From the NCBI GenBank assembly GCA_002331485.1, contig DCYS01000037.1:9171-73170 (forward strand): 64,000 nucleotides of DNA, given 5' to 3'. The notes beneath the pieces are model-generated. The model was given only the letters and a program-made list of their open reading frames with translations, ran no database searches and was not told the DNA's origin. The translations under genes and the position numbers were made by a program. Positions 1 through 9,180 of this stretch are shown piece by piece (position 1 is the stretch's first letter; every line of letters starts with the position of its first letter). This DNA is from Flavobacteriales bacterium UBA2104. Lineage in GTDB: Bacteria; Bacteroidota; Bacteroidia; Flavobacteriales_D; Crocinitomicaceae.

Positions 1-2
1 CT

Positions 3-3000
3 ATTACAGCAACAATTAATGGAGCATGTCCAAGTACACACACAGAATATGTAGAATTATTTGGACCACTTTCAGCCGTTACTGACTTTACAATTGAGTC
101 TTGTCCAGGTGCATGCGATGGTTTGGCATCAGTTGTTCCTGATGGTGGAAGCGGTAATTACGATTACTCTTGGAATCCAGGTGGTCAAACCACACCTAAC
201 GTAAATGGATTGTGTGAAGGTTCTTACGATGTAACTATTTCAGATCCTGTATGCGGTACGAATATTACTGAGACAGTAACACTTACTGCCCCGCCTTCAT
301 GTTGTTTACTGACTAACTTCACGGCAAACGTTTCAGCATGTGACCCGAATACTGGTACATACGACGTAACTGGAACTATTGAATTTACACAGCCGCCAAC
401 AACAGGACAATTAATTGTAGAAGATTGTAACGGTAATCAACAAACATTTAACGCTCCGTTTACAAGTCCTACAAATTATAACTTGACTGGATTAACTGCA
501 GACGGTGCAGCTTGTGATGTTACAGCGTATTTCTCTGATGACGTGGGATGTACACAAAACATTCCTTACACAGCTCCAGATTGTCCATGTTTCTTTACGT
601 TTTTGGATGTAAACATCTCCGCATGTAACCCGAATGATAATACATTTGAAATTACGGGAAGTGTTGAGTTCCAAAGTCCACCGACGACTGGACAATTAAT
701 TATTGAAGATTGTAATGGTAACCAACAAACTTTCAATGCTCCATTTACGAGTCCAACGAACTATGCATTGACTGGAATAGATTCTGATGGAACCTTAGGA
801 TGTGATCTAACGGCATATTTTACTGATGATGCGGCTTGTAACATCACATCAAACCCATTTGACTATCCAGAACCATGTCTATGTACAGCAGATGCAGGTA
901 CTTATTCTGATAATATCAATGGTAACAGTACAAGTACGGGACCATACTTACTTTGTTTTGGGGATGAATTAGACATCACAGGTAATGGTGATTTCGGGGC
1001 ATCTCAAGACTTTAATATTGGCGGTGTAACTTACGACCCTGGAGTGTTCTTATTCGTTTATGATTGTCCACCTACGGTTTTCAATCCTGATGATATAAAT
1101 AATGACCCTTGTTTATTAGGAATTGCTTCTAATCAGGATCAAGCCTGGACTATTGTTAACAATGCTGGAGATAATTCAACACTTTGGTTTGTGCCAATCA
1201 CGATGTACAGTATGGTTGATAACATCTACGCAATTTCAATTAATGGTGGAGATTGGTGTTTTGATATGGGACCTGTATATGAAGTTACATTCCTTCAGGA
1301 TATTACTACGAACATAGTGGAAGACTGTCAAGCTGGAGAAGCAGAAGTTACAATAAATGGAGGACAACCTTCATTTGATGGCAGTAACTTCACGATCTCA
1401 AACCTACAGCCAGGTTCAGCGTCTTTATCAACGACAACTGTTGGAGACGGAGGAACTGTTACAATATCTGGTCTTGTAGACGGAGATAACTATTCTTTTG
1501 ATATTGTAGATGATTCTGGTTGTCCTCAAACGATATCTGGTACATTTACAGGAACAGAGGACCCTAGTTTTGATTACGCAACTGATACATATTGTCAAGA
1601 TGAAGCTGATCCGGTAGCGAATATAACAGGTGTTCCTGGTGGAACATTCACAGTTGCTCCGGCTGGATTGACAATTAATCCAAATACTGGAGAGATCGAC
1701 CTATCATCAGCGACAGGAACATATACTATAACCTATACTTCTCCTGATCCTGTTTGTTTCGATCAAGCAACTTATGATGTAACCATTAATCCTGTTCCAG
1801 TTATTGATCCTCTTGCTGATCAGACGGCCTGTGGAAGTTACACACTTCCTGCAATTACAGGTACCGATCTAACTGGAAACGAATCGTACTATGATGCTCC
1901 AAACGGAGGAGGAAATGCTCTAAGTCCGGGTGACGTAATATCGACTCCAGGAACTACGACGCTTTACATTTATGATGAAACGGGTACAACACCAAATTGT
2001 GTTGATGAGCAAACGTTTGATGTTACGATCAACATTGCACCAAACTTGGATCAACTAAATAATCAGGTTGAATGTGATAGTTATACGTTACCCGCAATAA
2101 CAGGTACTGATCTATCAGGAAATGAAGCTTATTACGATGCTCCTAATGGCGGAGGAACACAATACAACCCTGGAGACAATATTACAACGCCAGGTACAAC
2201 AACATTGTATATTTATGATGAAACAGGTACGACTCCAAATTGCTTTGACGAGTTGACCTTTGACATTACAATAAACCCAACGCCTGTGTTCACTGTAGAT
2301 TATACTGATCCAACGCTTTGTGGAGCGAATGACGGTACGATAACTCTAAGCGGACTTCAACCCAATACAGCCTATGACGTTTCATATGATGATGACGGAA
2401 CAACTGTTGGACCGACAAGTATGAATAGTGATGCAGCAGGAGATATAGTTATAACTGGTCTAGGAGCTGGAACGTATTCTAACTTTGTTGTTTCGCTAAA
2501 TGGATGTACAGGAACTGATAACTCATCGTTGAACCTCGTGGATCCAAATGCGCCATCTGTTGATGCTGGTCCAGATCAAGAGGTTTGTGAAGGAACAGAT
2601 GTAACATTAACAGCTGGAAACCCGGATGGAGCTGTAATAGCTTGGAACAATGGTGTGACTGACGGCAATCCTTTCACTCCACCATTAGGAACAACGACTT
2701 ACACAGTGACAGCTGATCTTGCAGGATGTATTGCAACAGATCAAGTGAACGTGACCGTTAATCCGATACCAAATGTGAATGCCGGTAACGACGTATCGAT
2801 CTGTGAAGGAGATGATGTCGTTCTTACAGGTTCTGGAGCTGATGTATACGTTTGGGATAATGGTGTAACTGACGGAGTTTCGTTTACACCTAATTCAACT
2901 ACAACGTACACAGTAACTGGTACTACAGCTGCTGGATGTTCAAATACAGATGATGTAACTGTTAATGTTGAGCCTCTTCCAACTGTTAACTTTGAAGGAC

Positions 3001-3770
3001 AGAATCTTACAGGGTGTGCTCCAGTGACTGCAACATTCACCAACTTGACAGGTGTTCAAGGAGGTACGTGTACATGGAATTTCGGTGACGGTTCAACCGC
3101 AATCGGATGTGGACAGGTATCCAATACTTTCGAAAATCCAGGATGCTATGATGTTACACTTGAGGTAACAACTGCTAATGGTTGTACATCAACATTAACT
3201 TTAGAAGATTATGTTTGTGTGGGTGGATACCCAGACGCATCATTTACATTCACTCCAAATGAGTTGACTAACATCAATACTGAAGTAAACTTCACGAATA
3301 CTTCAAATGGAGCGGACACTTATGAATGGGACTTCGGTGACGGACAAGGTAGCAGCGCAGTCAATCCAAATCATGATTACCCAGGAACTGCTGAGGATTA
3401 TGAAATTGAGTTAGTCGCTATTAACAACGAAGGTTGTACAGACACTGCTTATGCCGTGATTAATGTAAGGGAAGAATTGATCTTTTACGTTCCTAATACG
3501 TTTACACCAGATAAAGATGACTTTAACGAGGTCTTCAAACCAATATTTACAAGTGGATTTGATCCTTTCAGCTATAATCTATTAATATTTAATAGATGGG
3601 GCGAAGTGATTTTCGAATCAAATGATTCAGAAGTTGGTTGGGACGGAACATATGGTGCTGAATCTGATAGAATTGTCAAAGACGGCACGTACGTTTGGAA
3701 AATAACTTACAAGCGAAAAGGAATAGATGAACGTCAAATTGCAGTGGGACATGTGAATGTTCTAAAGTAA
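3..3770 (+). CDS. Large secreted Cys/Thr/Asp-rich adhesin-like protein with repeat modules, PKD domains and a T9SS type-B (gliding motility-associated) C-terminal domain; 5'-truncated
   Basis: The frame is open from base 3 (ITATINGACPS...) into the 123..3770 ORF, so the start lies outside the window. PKD motifs are WNFGDGS and WDFGDGQ. The C-terminus FYVPNTFTPDKDDFNEVF...IFNRWGEVIF...WDGTY...DGTYVWKI is a typical type-B CTD. Confidence 0.9.
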   Translation: MTATINGACPSTHTEYVELFGPLSAVTDFTIESCPGACDGLASVVPDGGSGNYDYSWNPGGQTTPNVNGLCEGSYDVTISDPVCGTNITETVTLTAPPSCCLLTNFTANVSACDPNTGTYDVTGTIEFTQPPTTGQLIVEDCNGNQQTFNAPFTSPTNYNLTGLTADGAACDVTAYFSDDVGCTQNIPYTAPDCPCFFTFLDVNISACNPNDNTFEITGSVEFQSPPTTGQLIIEDCNGNQQTFNAPFTSPTNYALTGIDSDGTLGCDLTAYFTDDAACNITSNPFDYPEPCLCTADAGTYSDNINGNSTSTGPYLLCFGDELDITGNGDFGASQDFNIGGVTYDPGVFLFVYDCPPTVFNPDDINNDPCLLGIASNQDQAWTIVNNAGDNSTLWFVPITMYSMVDNIYAISINGGDWCFDMGPVYEVTFLQDITTNIVEDCQAGEAEVTINGGQPSFDGSNFTISNLQPGSASLSTTTVGDGGTVTISGLVDGDNYSFDIVDDSGCPQTISGTFTGTEDPSFDYATDTYCQDEADPVANITGVPGGTFTVAPAGLTINPNTGEIDLSSATGTYTITYTSPDPVCFDQATYDVTINPVPVIDPLADQTACGSYTLPAITGTDLTGNESYYDAPNGGGNALSPGDVISTPGTTTLYIYDETGTTPNCVDEQTFDVTINIAPNLDQLNNQVECDSYTLPAITGTDLSGNEAYYDAPNGGGTQYNPGDNITTPGTTTLYIYDETGTTPNCFDELTFDITINPTPVFTVDYTDPTLCGANDGTITLSGLQPNTAYDVSYDDDGTTVGPTSMNSDAAGDIVITGLGAGTYSNFVVSLNGCTGTDNSSLNLVDPNAPSVDAGPDQEVCEGTDVTLTAGNPDGAVIAWNNGVTDGNPFTPPLGTTTYTVTADLAGCIATDQVNVTVNPIPNVNAGNDVSICEGDDVVLTGSGADVYVWDNGVTDGVSFTPNSTTTYTVTGTTAAGCSNTDDVTVNVEPLPTVNFEGQNLTGCAPVTATFTNLTGVQGGTCTWNFGDGSTAIGCGQVSNTFENPGCYDVTLEVTTANGCTSTLTLEDYVCVGGYPDASFTFTPNELTNINTEVNFTNTSNGADTYEWDFGDGQGSSAVNPNHDYPGTAEDYEIELVAINNEGCTDTAYAVINVREELIFYVPNTFTPDKDDFNEVFKPIFTSGFDPFSYNLLIFNRWGEVIFESNDSEVGWDGTYGAESDRIVKDGTYVWKITYKRKGIDERQIAVGHVNVLK

Positions 3771-3787
3771 AGCGAAATGATAAGTAC

Positions 3788-3823
3788 AAAAAAAAGCCTG
3801 AGCGAATCGCTCAGGCTTTTTTT
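3788..3823. terminator. Bidirectional intrinsic terminator
   Basis: A8-GCCTGAGCG-AAT-CGCTCAGGC-T7 lies between convergent genes. Confidence 0.9.
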
Positions 3824-3837
3824 GTTAGCAATATGAA

Positions 3838-5037
3838 TTATTGACGAATATGACCATCGCCAAATACGTAGTATTTATTCGTCGTAAGTTGCTTTAATCC
3901 AAGTGGGCCTCTATGGTGTAACTTATCAGTACTAATAGCTAGCTCTGCTCCTACTCCCATTTGTCCACCATCTGTGAACCTAGAAGACGCATTTTGATAA
4001 ACAGCAGCACTATCAACTTGCTCCATAAAAGTCTGAGCTTCTTCTGAATTTTCAGTCATGATAACACTTGAATGATGACCCGAGTGATCATTGATCTTTA
4101 CAATTGCCTCATCAAGAGAAGAAACAGATCCAATTAAGATCTTCATAGCTAAAAACTCTTCTTCCCATGTATCCTTGCTTGGCATCTTGTCAGCATCAGT
4201 CAAAACTTTACTCACTTCATCATCAACCATGACATGAACATCCAATTTCTCTAAAGCACCTTTAAGATCCTTTAGTTTTTCTTCATAGTTTTCAACGTTC
4301 TTATCCATCAACACCTTATCAAGAGCATTACATCCTGAGATCTTATCAGTTTTAGCATTGATGATAACTTTTACCGTTTTCGCCCAATCTGCTTTTGGAG
4401 AAACATATAGGAAATTATTACCACGTCCACTGATCAAAACAGCACATTTAGCATGTTGCTTTACGAATTCAATAAGACGCTCCCCTCCTCGAGGCACTAT
4501 TAGGTCAAGTTTTTCTGTTGGATTTCTCAAGAACTCTTGAGTTTGCTCTCGATTCATTTCCAGCATCTTAATCCAGTTTGTTTCAAGACCGTTTTCTTTC
4601 AATGCCTCATGCCAGCAGTCTACAAGAACTTTATTACTGTGGTATGCCTCTCGACCTCCTTTAAGTAAAATCTTGTTATTTGCCTTAAATGCAAGAACTG
4701 CTGCCTCAATCGTAACATCAGGCCGCGATTCATAAATAATCATGATCGTTCCAAAGGGATCCGTCTTATTGATGATCTCTAAACCTGAGTCTAATGTGAT
4801 CGATGAAATCTCATTTCCAACAGGGTCATCCTGATCTTTAACCTCTCGGATGGCCTGGATCATTCCATCAACCTTTGAATCATCAACGACCAAACGATCG
4901 TATAGCGCCTGATCATCTCTTTCAAATGCCTCTAAGTCTTTCTTGTTTTCTGCAATTATTTCTTCTCTTCGTCTATCAATGATGTCCATCATCGACTGCA
5001 ATACTTCGTTCTTCTTGTCTGTAGTTAAAAACTTCAT
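3838..5037 (-). CDS. proA: Glutamate-5-semialdehyde dehydrogenase
   Basis: Motifs PFGTIMIIYESRP, LIVPRGG, SGCNALD, NASSRFTDGGQMGVGAELAIST and HHRGPLGL. Confidence 0.96.
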   Translation of the reverse strand: MKFLTTDKKNEVLQSMMDIIDRRREEIIAENKKDLEAFERDDQALYDRLVVDDSKVDGMIQAIREVKDQDDPVGNEISSITLDSGLEIINKTDPFGTIMIIYESRPDVTIEAAVLAFKANNKILLKGGREAYHSNKVLVDCWHEALKENGLETNWIKMLEMNREQTQEFLRNPTEKLDLIVPRGGERLIEFVKQHAKCAVLISGRGNNFLYVSPKADWAKTVKVIINAKTDKISGCNALDKVLMDKNVENYEEKLKDLKGALEKLDVHVMVDDEVSKVLTDADKMPSKDTWEEEFLAMKILIGSVSSLDEAIVKINDHSGHHSSVIMTENSEEAQTFMEQVDSAAVYQNASSRFTDGGQMGVGAELAISTDKLHHRGPLGLKQLTTNKYYVFGDGHIRQ

Positions 5038-5061
5038 AGTTTGTAATTTTCTCTTTTTAAT

Positions 5062-5841
5062 TTATTCTGAAATAAACTTAGTTCCGACTTTCTTACCATT
5101 AACAATGTCAATGATAATATCTTCCTCTTTTCCATTCGCGATGAACGTAGGAATTTCCTTGTTCGCTGTTGATTTAGCGATCTTCAGTTTAGACTCCATT
5201 CCTCCTCTTCCTTCGCCTTCACCTTTGTCCGATTCCTGAACATATTTTTCAACATTCTGATCAACTTTAACGCGGTGAAGAAGTTCTGAATCGTCATCCT
5301 CAGGATGTCCTGTGTAAAGACCATCTATATCAGTGAGCATTATCAACATATCAGCATCCACCAATTCTGCCACAAGGCTCGCTAGCTCATCATTATCAGA
5401 GAACATCGACATTGTAAGTGAAACAGCATCATCTTCGTTGGCAATCGGAACAATTCCTTCTGCCAGCAATCCTTCATAACAATTGATCATATTCTCTCTA
5501 TACTTTCCAGGAGCGAAGTCTCTTTTGGTCGCAAGAACCTGAGCACAACGCATTCCAAAATCATGGAACATTGAATAATAATGACGCATCAACCTTGGCT
5601 GACCCACAGAAGAAAATATTTGCCTACGAGTAGACGGATCTTCTGCAGCGCAATCTCCCAATACCTCTTTACCTGCTATGGCTGATCCAGAAGAAACCAG
5701 GATAGTTATAATATCACGCTCGTATAAATAAGCAATTTGACGAACCAAATTCTTCAGTATTGGCCCTACAATTCTGTTGTTTCTATTGGTCATTACATTA
5801 GTTCCAACTTTGACAACTACTCTTTTCTTAAAATTTTCCAA
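5062..5841 (-). CDS. proB: Glutamate 5-kinase (short form, no PUA domain)
   Basis: Motifs VVVKVGT, LVSSGS, VPIANEDDAV, SDNDELA, LTDIDGLY and GGMESKL; 259 aa. Confidence 0.95.
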   Translation of the reverse strand: MENFKKRVVVKVGTNVMTNRNNRIVGPILKNLVRQIAYLYERDIITILVSSGSAIAGKEVLGDCAAEDPSTRRQIFSSVGQPRLMRHYYSMFHDFGMRCAQVLATKRDFAPGKYRENMINCYEGLLAEGIVPIANEDDAVSLTMSMFSDNDELASLVAELVDADMLIMLTDIDGLYTGHPEDDDSELLHRVKVDQNVEKYVQESDKGEGEGRGGMESKLKIAKSTANKEIPTFIANGKEEDIIIDIVNGKKVGTKFISE

Positions 5842-5851
5842 AACGTATAGA

Positions 5852-6664
5852 TTATTGATTAGATTCTTCTCCTAACTCCACAGCACGGTCGAATGCCGCA
5901 TATGCTGCTTCCTTAATGAGTTCTTTAATATTGTTATCATCCATTGAATCAAGTGCAGCCTGAGTTGTTCCACCCTTAGAAGCTACCCTGTCCATCCATG
6001 TTTGAGGAGTCAGGTTTGACTCGTTGAATAATTTCACAGCTCCTTCAAAAGTTGTACTCACTAAAACTCTTGAGTCATTGTCAGAGAAGCCCATTTTTTT
6101 AGCTGCTTCCAACATTGAATTCATGAAATAGAAAACATAAGCAGGTCCACTACCCGAAATACCAGTGGATTTATCTATAAATGCTTCGGAGTCCACGTGT
6201 ATGGATTCTCCGGTGGTATCAAGTAGGTTTCTTACCATTAACAGCTCAACTCTTGAGACAGCCTCAGATTCTGTGAAAGAAGTTACTCCTCTACCCACTT
6301 TGGCGGGCAGGTTAGGCATTGTTCTTATGACTTTAGAAGCTCCTAAGGCCTCTTTAATGAAATCAATCTTTACACCAGCCATCAGTGATACGAATATCTG
6401 CTGGTTATTGATCATAGGTTTCATTTTTTTGAACAGATCCTCACAATGGTAAGGTTTTACCGCAACGAAAACGATATCTGCCTGAGGAAGACAATCCTCC
6501 AGCTTTTCAAAAACGTTAAATTCTGGATTTTCATTAAGTCGTGCGATTGTTTCGGCGCTCAGATCATGGATCATCAACTTTCTTCTGTTCAACAATGGCG
6601 ATTCAGCCATTCCTTCTGAGTAAGTTAATCCCATGTTTCCACCACCAATTACTAAAACTTTCAT
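5852..6664 (-). CDS. proC: Pyrroline-5-carboxylate reductase
   Basis: Motifs IGGGNMG, AVKP, RTMPN, SGSGPAY and VASKGGTT. Confidence 0.96.
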   Translation of the reverse strand: MKVLVIGGGNMGLTYSEGMAESPLLNRRKLMIHDLSAETIARLNENPEFNVFEKLEDCLPQADIVFVAVKPYHCEDLFKKMKPMINNQQIFVSLMAGVKIDFIKEALGASKVIRTMPNLPAKVGRGVTSFTESEAVSRVELLMVRNLLDTTGESIHVDSEAFIDKSTGISGSGPAYVFYFMNSMLEAAKKMGFSDNDSRVLVSTTFEGAVKLFNESNLTPQTWMDRVASKGGTTQAALDSMDDNNIKELIKEAAYAAFDRAVELGEESNQ

Positions 6665-6975
6665 TTGTTTCTTTTAAAAGGTTTGTATTATTTATAACCG
6701 TGTACTACAACTATTGTTCTATTGCACCCCTTATCTAAAACTATTTTGAATAAGTCGCCAACATGACATAAAGATATTCTTAAACAATTGATAATCAACG
6801 TTTTTCACTTAAAGCATTAAAAGTAAATTATGTCATGATAATTTGTCACCTTTCTGATATTATATTTTCTTGAGCACAATTTTTTCTGATTATTGTTATA
6901 AGGAAATCCAAATCAGTTACATTTACGTATATACATCAAAGATATTTTCGAAACGTTGAAAAACGAGCATTAACC

Positions 6976-8040
6976 ATGAGTACAACAACAAAGAAGAAAA
7001 AATTACAATCACTTCAAAAAAGAGGTAGTTACCTATCTCAAGCACAGAATCAAATTAATCTTCTTGAAAAAGAGAAGCTTCACGGAACTAGGTTTTCTGA
7101 AAAATTAAAGGAACATGGTCAATTTCCTCTTAAACCAGATCCGCTAGAGATCATGCAGGTGAATGTAGGATACATGTGCGATCTTACTTGCGAACATTGT
7201 CATGTCGATGCTGGTCCCGATCGAAAAGAGATCATGACTCAGGAAACAATGGAACTCATATTAAAAGCCATTGATCAGGTAGGAGTGAAAACCGTTGATC
7301 TAACTGGCGGTGCACCTGAAATGAATCCTAACTTCAAATGGTTTGTGGAGGAGCTTTCAAAGAGAAATGTACATGTAATTGTAAGAAGTAACTTGACGAT
7401 ACTTGTTTCCAATAAGAATTTTAGAACTTATCCAGAATTCATGAAAGAACATGGAATTGAGATAATTGCTTCATTACCTTGCTATACGCAGGATAACGTT
7501 GATAAACAAAGAGGTTCTGGTGTCTTTAACCGATCAATCGAAGCTCTTCGTGTACTTAATGAATTAGGATACGGTAAAGAGGGTTCCGGATTAGATCTAC
7601 ACCTCGTATTTAATCCTGGAGGTGCAAGTTTACCGCCAGATCAAAAAGGATTAGAAAACGATTATAAAATTAGATTGAAAGAAGATTGGGGCATTGAATT
7701 CAATAATCTTTATACCATCACTAATCTTCCCATATCACGTTATTTAGATTTCTTATTGGCAGCCGATAAATATGAATCTTACATGGATACCTTAGTAAAT
7801 GCATATAATCCAGTGGCTGCGGATAATGTAATGTGTAAGAACACTTTATCGATCGACTGGGAAGGATATATGTATGATTGTGATTTCAACCAAATGCTAC
7901 AGCTGAAAGTGGCTGGAGATCGCCAACACATTAAAGATTTTAATCACAAGGAAATATTGAATCGCTATATCAAAATCGGTCAGCATTGCTACGGGTGTAC
8001 AGCGGGAGCTGGATCGAGTTGTCAGGGTACAACCGTTTAA
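6976..8040 (+). CDS. arsS: Radical SAM / Cys-rich domain protein of the ArsS (arsenosugar biosynthesis, TIGR04167-type) family
   Basis: CxxxCxxC motif (CDLTCEHC) preceded by MQVNVGYM; DLTGGAPE; VMCKNTLSIDWEGYMYDCDFNQM; Cys-rich C-terminus HCYGCTAGAGSSCQG. Confidence 0.85.
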   Translation: MSTTTKKKKLQSLQKRGSYLSQAQNQINLLEKEKLHGTRFSEKLKEHGQFPLKPDPLEIMQVNVGYMCDLTCEHCHVDAGPDRKEIMTQETMELILKAIDQVGVKTVDLTGGAPEMNPNFKWFVEELSKRNVHVIVRSNLTILVSNKNFRTYPEFMKEHGIEIIASLPCYTQDNVDKQRGSGVFNRSIEALRVLNELGYGKEGSGLDLHLVFNPGGASLPPDQKGLENDYKIRLKEDWGIEFNNLYTITNLPISRYLDFLLAADKYESYMDTLVNAYNPVAADNVMCKNTLSIDWEGYMYDCDFNQMLQLKVAGDRQHIKDFNHKEILNRYIKIGQHCYGCTAGAGSSCQGTTV

Positions 8041-8078
8041 TAATTTTTGGCGTACGATTTGATAAATAAGTAGTATAA

Positions 8079-8585
8079 ATGCTTCAGAAGTTCACCATAC
8101 CCGTTGTTTTTCTTTTGCTTGTAAGCTTTGGGTTTACGCAAGAAATATCCCCTGCTTATAAGAATATGATCGAACGGAAATACAATTTTCCAACTATTCC
8201 AGCTGATAGTGTTCAGGCTCATCTGACTGATGACAATTATATTCTTCTAGACACACGTGAGAACGAAGAATATGAAGTTTCGCATCTTCCCGGTGCCATT
8301 GATTTCGGATATGATCACCCAAACTACAGTGCCTTACCAGAAGCAGACACCTCAAAAACTATTGTGGTATATTGTTCGATCGGGGTGAGAAGCGAAAACA
8401 TTGCCAAAGTATTGAAGAAAAGAGGCTTTACAAAAGTCTATAATATGTATGGTGGTATCTTTTTATGGGCTGATCAGTTCAGACCAATGGAGGACGATCA
8501 GGGTTCTTCTACAAAGAAAGTGCATGGATATAATAAGTTCTGGGGACGTTGGATAGAAAAAGCACCTGTTGTTTATGGAGAATAA
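8079..8585 (+). CDS. Rhodanese-like domain protein with N-terminal signal peptide
   Basis: Hydrophobic N-terminus; LLDTRENEEYEVSHLPGA; active-site loop YCSIGVRS; NMYGGIFLW. Confidence 0.88.
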   Translation: MLQKFTIPVVFLLLVSFGFTQEISPAYKNMIERKYNFPTIPADSVQAHLTDDNYILLDTRENEEYEVSHLPGAIDFGYDHPNYSALPEADTSKTIVVYCSIGVRSENIAKVLKKRGFTKVYNMYGGIFLWADQFRPMEDDQGSSTKKVHGYNKFWGRWIEKAPVVYGE

Positions 8586-9180
8586 AGTGTTACTCATATT
8601 TACGAAAAATCCAGAATTAGGAAAATGTAAAACACGCCTGGCAAAAACGCTAGGTGATGAGAAGGCATTGTCCATATATTGTCAATTACTAGAACATACA
8701 AGGACTTTTAGTGCGCGAGTAGATGCCGACAAACACGTATATTATTCGAGTAACATTCCAGAGAATGACCTTTGGAGTACTAATGACTTTGAGCGAAAAC
8801 TACAATCAGAAGGAGATCTTGGAGAGAAAATGAGTTCGGCTTTTAAACATAGTTTCGAAGCTGGATATCGAAAGGTCGTAATTATCGGAAGCGACTGCGC
8901 AGAAATTAATGAACAGGATATTGATAAAGCTTTCGATGAACTAGATTCAAAAGATGTAGTTTTGGGACCCGCAATTGATGGTGGATATTATCTGCTGGGA
9001 ATGCGTGAATTCTACCCTTTTCTTTTCTCAGATAAAAGTTGGAGCACACCTAATCTCATCAATGAAACGATTAGTGACCTCATCAAAAATGGGAAGAGTT
9101 ATCAACTGCTCGAAGAAAAATCTGACATAGATTATGAAGAGGATCTAGAAAGAACGGGCTTCGTTTCTTTCGAATATTGA
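8575..9180 (+). CDS. TIGR04282-family (DUF2064) radical-SAM-associated transferase/glycosyltransferase
   Basis: IFTKNPELGKCKTRLA, QSEGDLGEKM, IIGSDC, VLGPAIDGGYYLLG and DIDYEEDL. ATG 8575 is preferred over TTG 8569; the gene overlaps the rhodanese stop. Confidence 0.88.
   Translation: MENKVLLIFTKNPELGKCKTRLAKTLGDEKALSIYCQLLEHTRTFSARVDADKHVYYSSNIPENDLWSTNDFERKLQSEGDLGEKMSSAFKHSFEAGYRKVVIIGSDCAEINEQDIDKAFDELDSKDVVLGPAIDGGYYLLGMREFYPFLFSDKSWSTPNLINETISDLIKNGKSYQLLEEKSDIDYEEDLERTGFVSFEY

Noticed and set aside
492-3043. Short antisense or alternative-frame ORFs inside the first adhesin (492-695, 1123-1317, 2741-3043)
   Set aside because: These are shadow ORFs of a long repetitive gene with no recognisable motifs.
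6788-6798. Canonical FNR box
   Set aside because: TTGAT and ATCAA are separated by 1 nt rather than 4.
7950-8045. Possible selenocysteine or readthrough extension of the ArsS C-terminus
   Set aside because: All C-terminal positions are Cys codons, the ORF ends in TAA, and no in-frame TGA is present.
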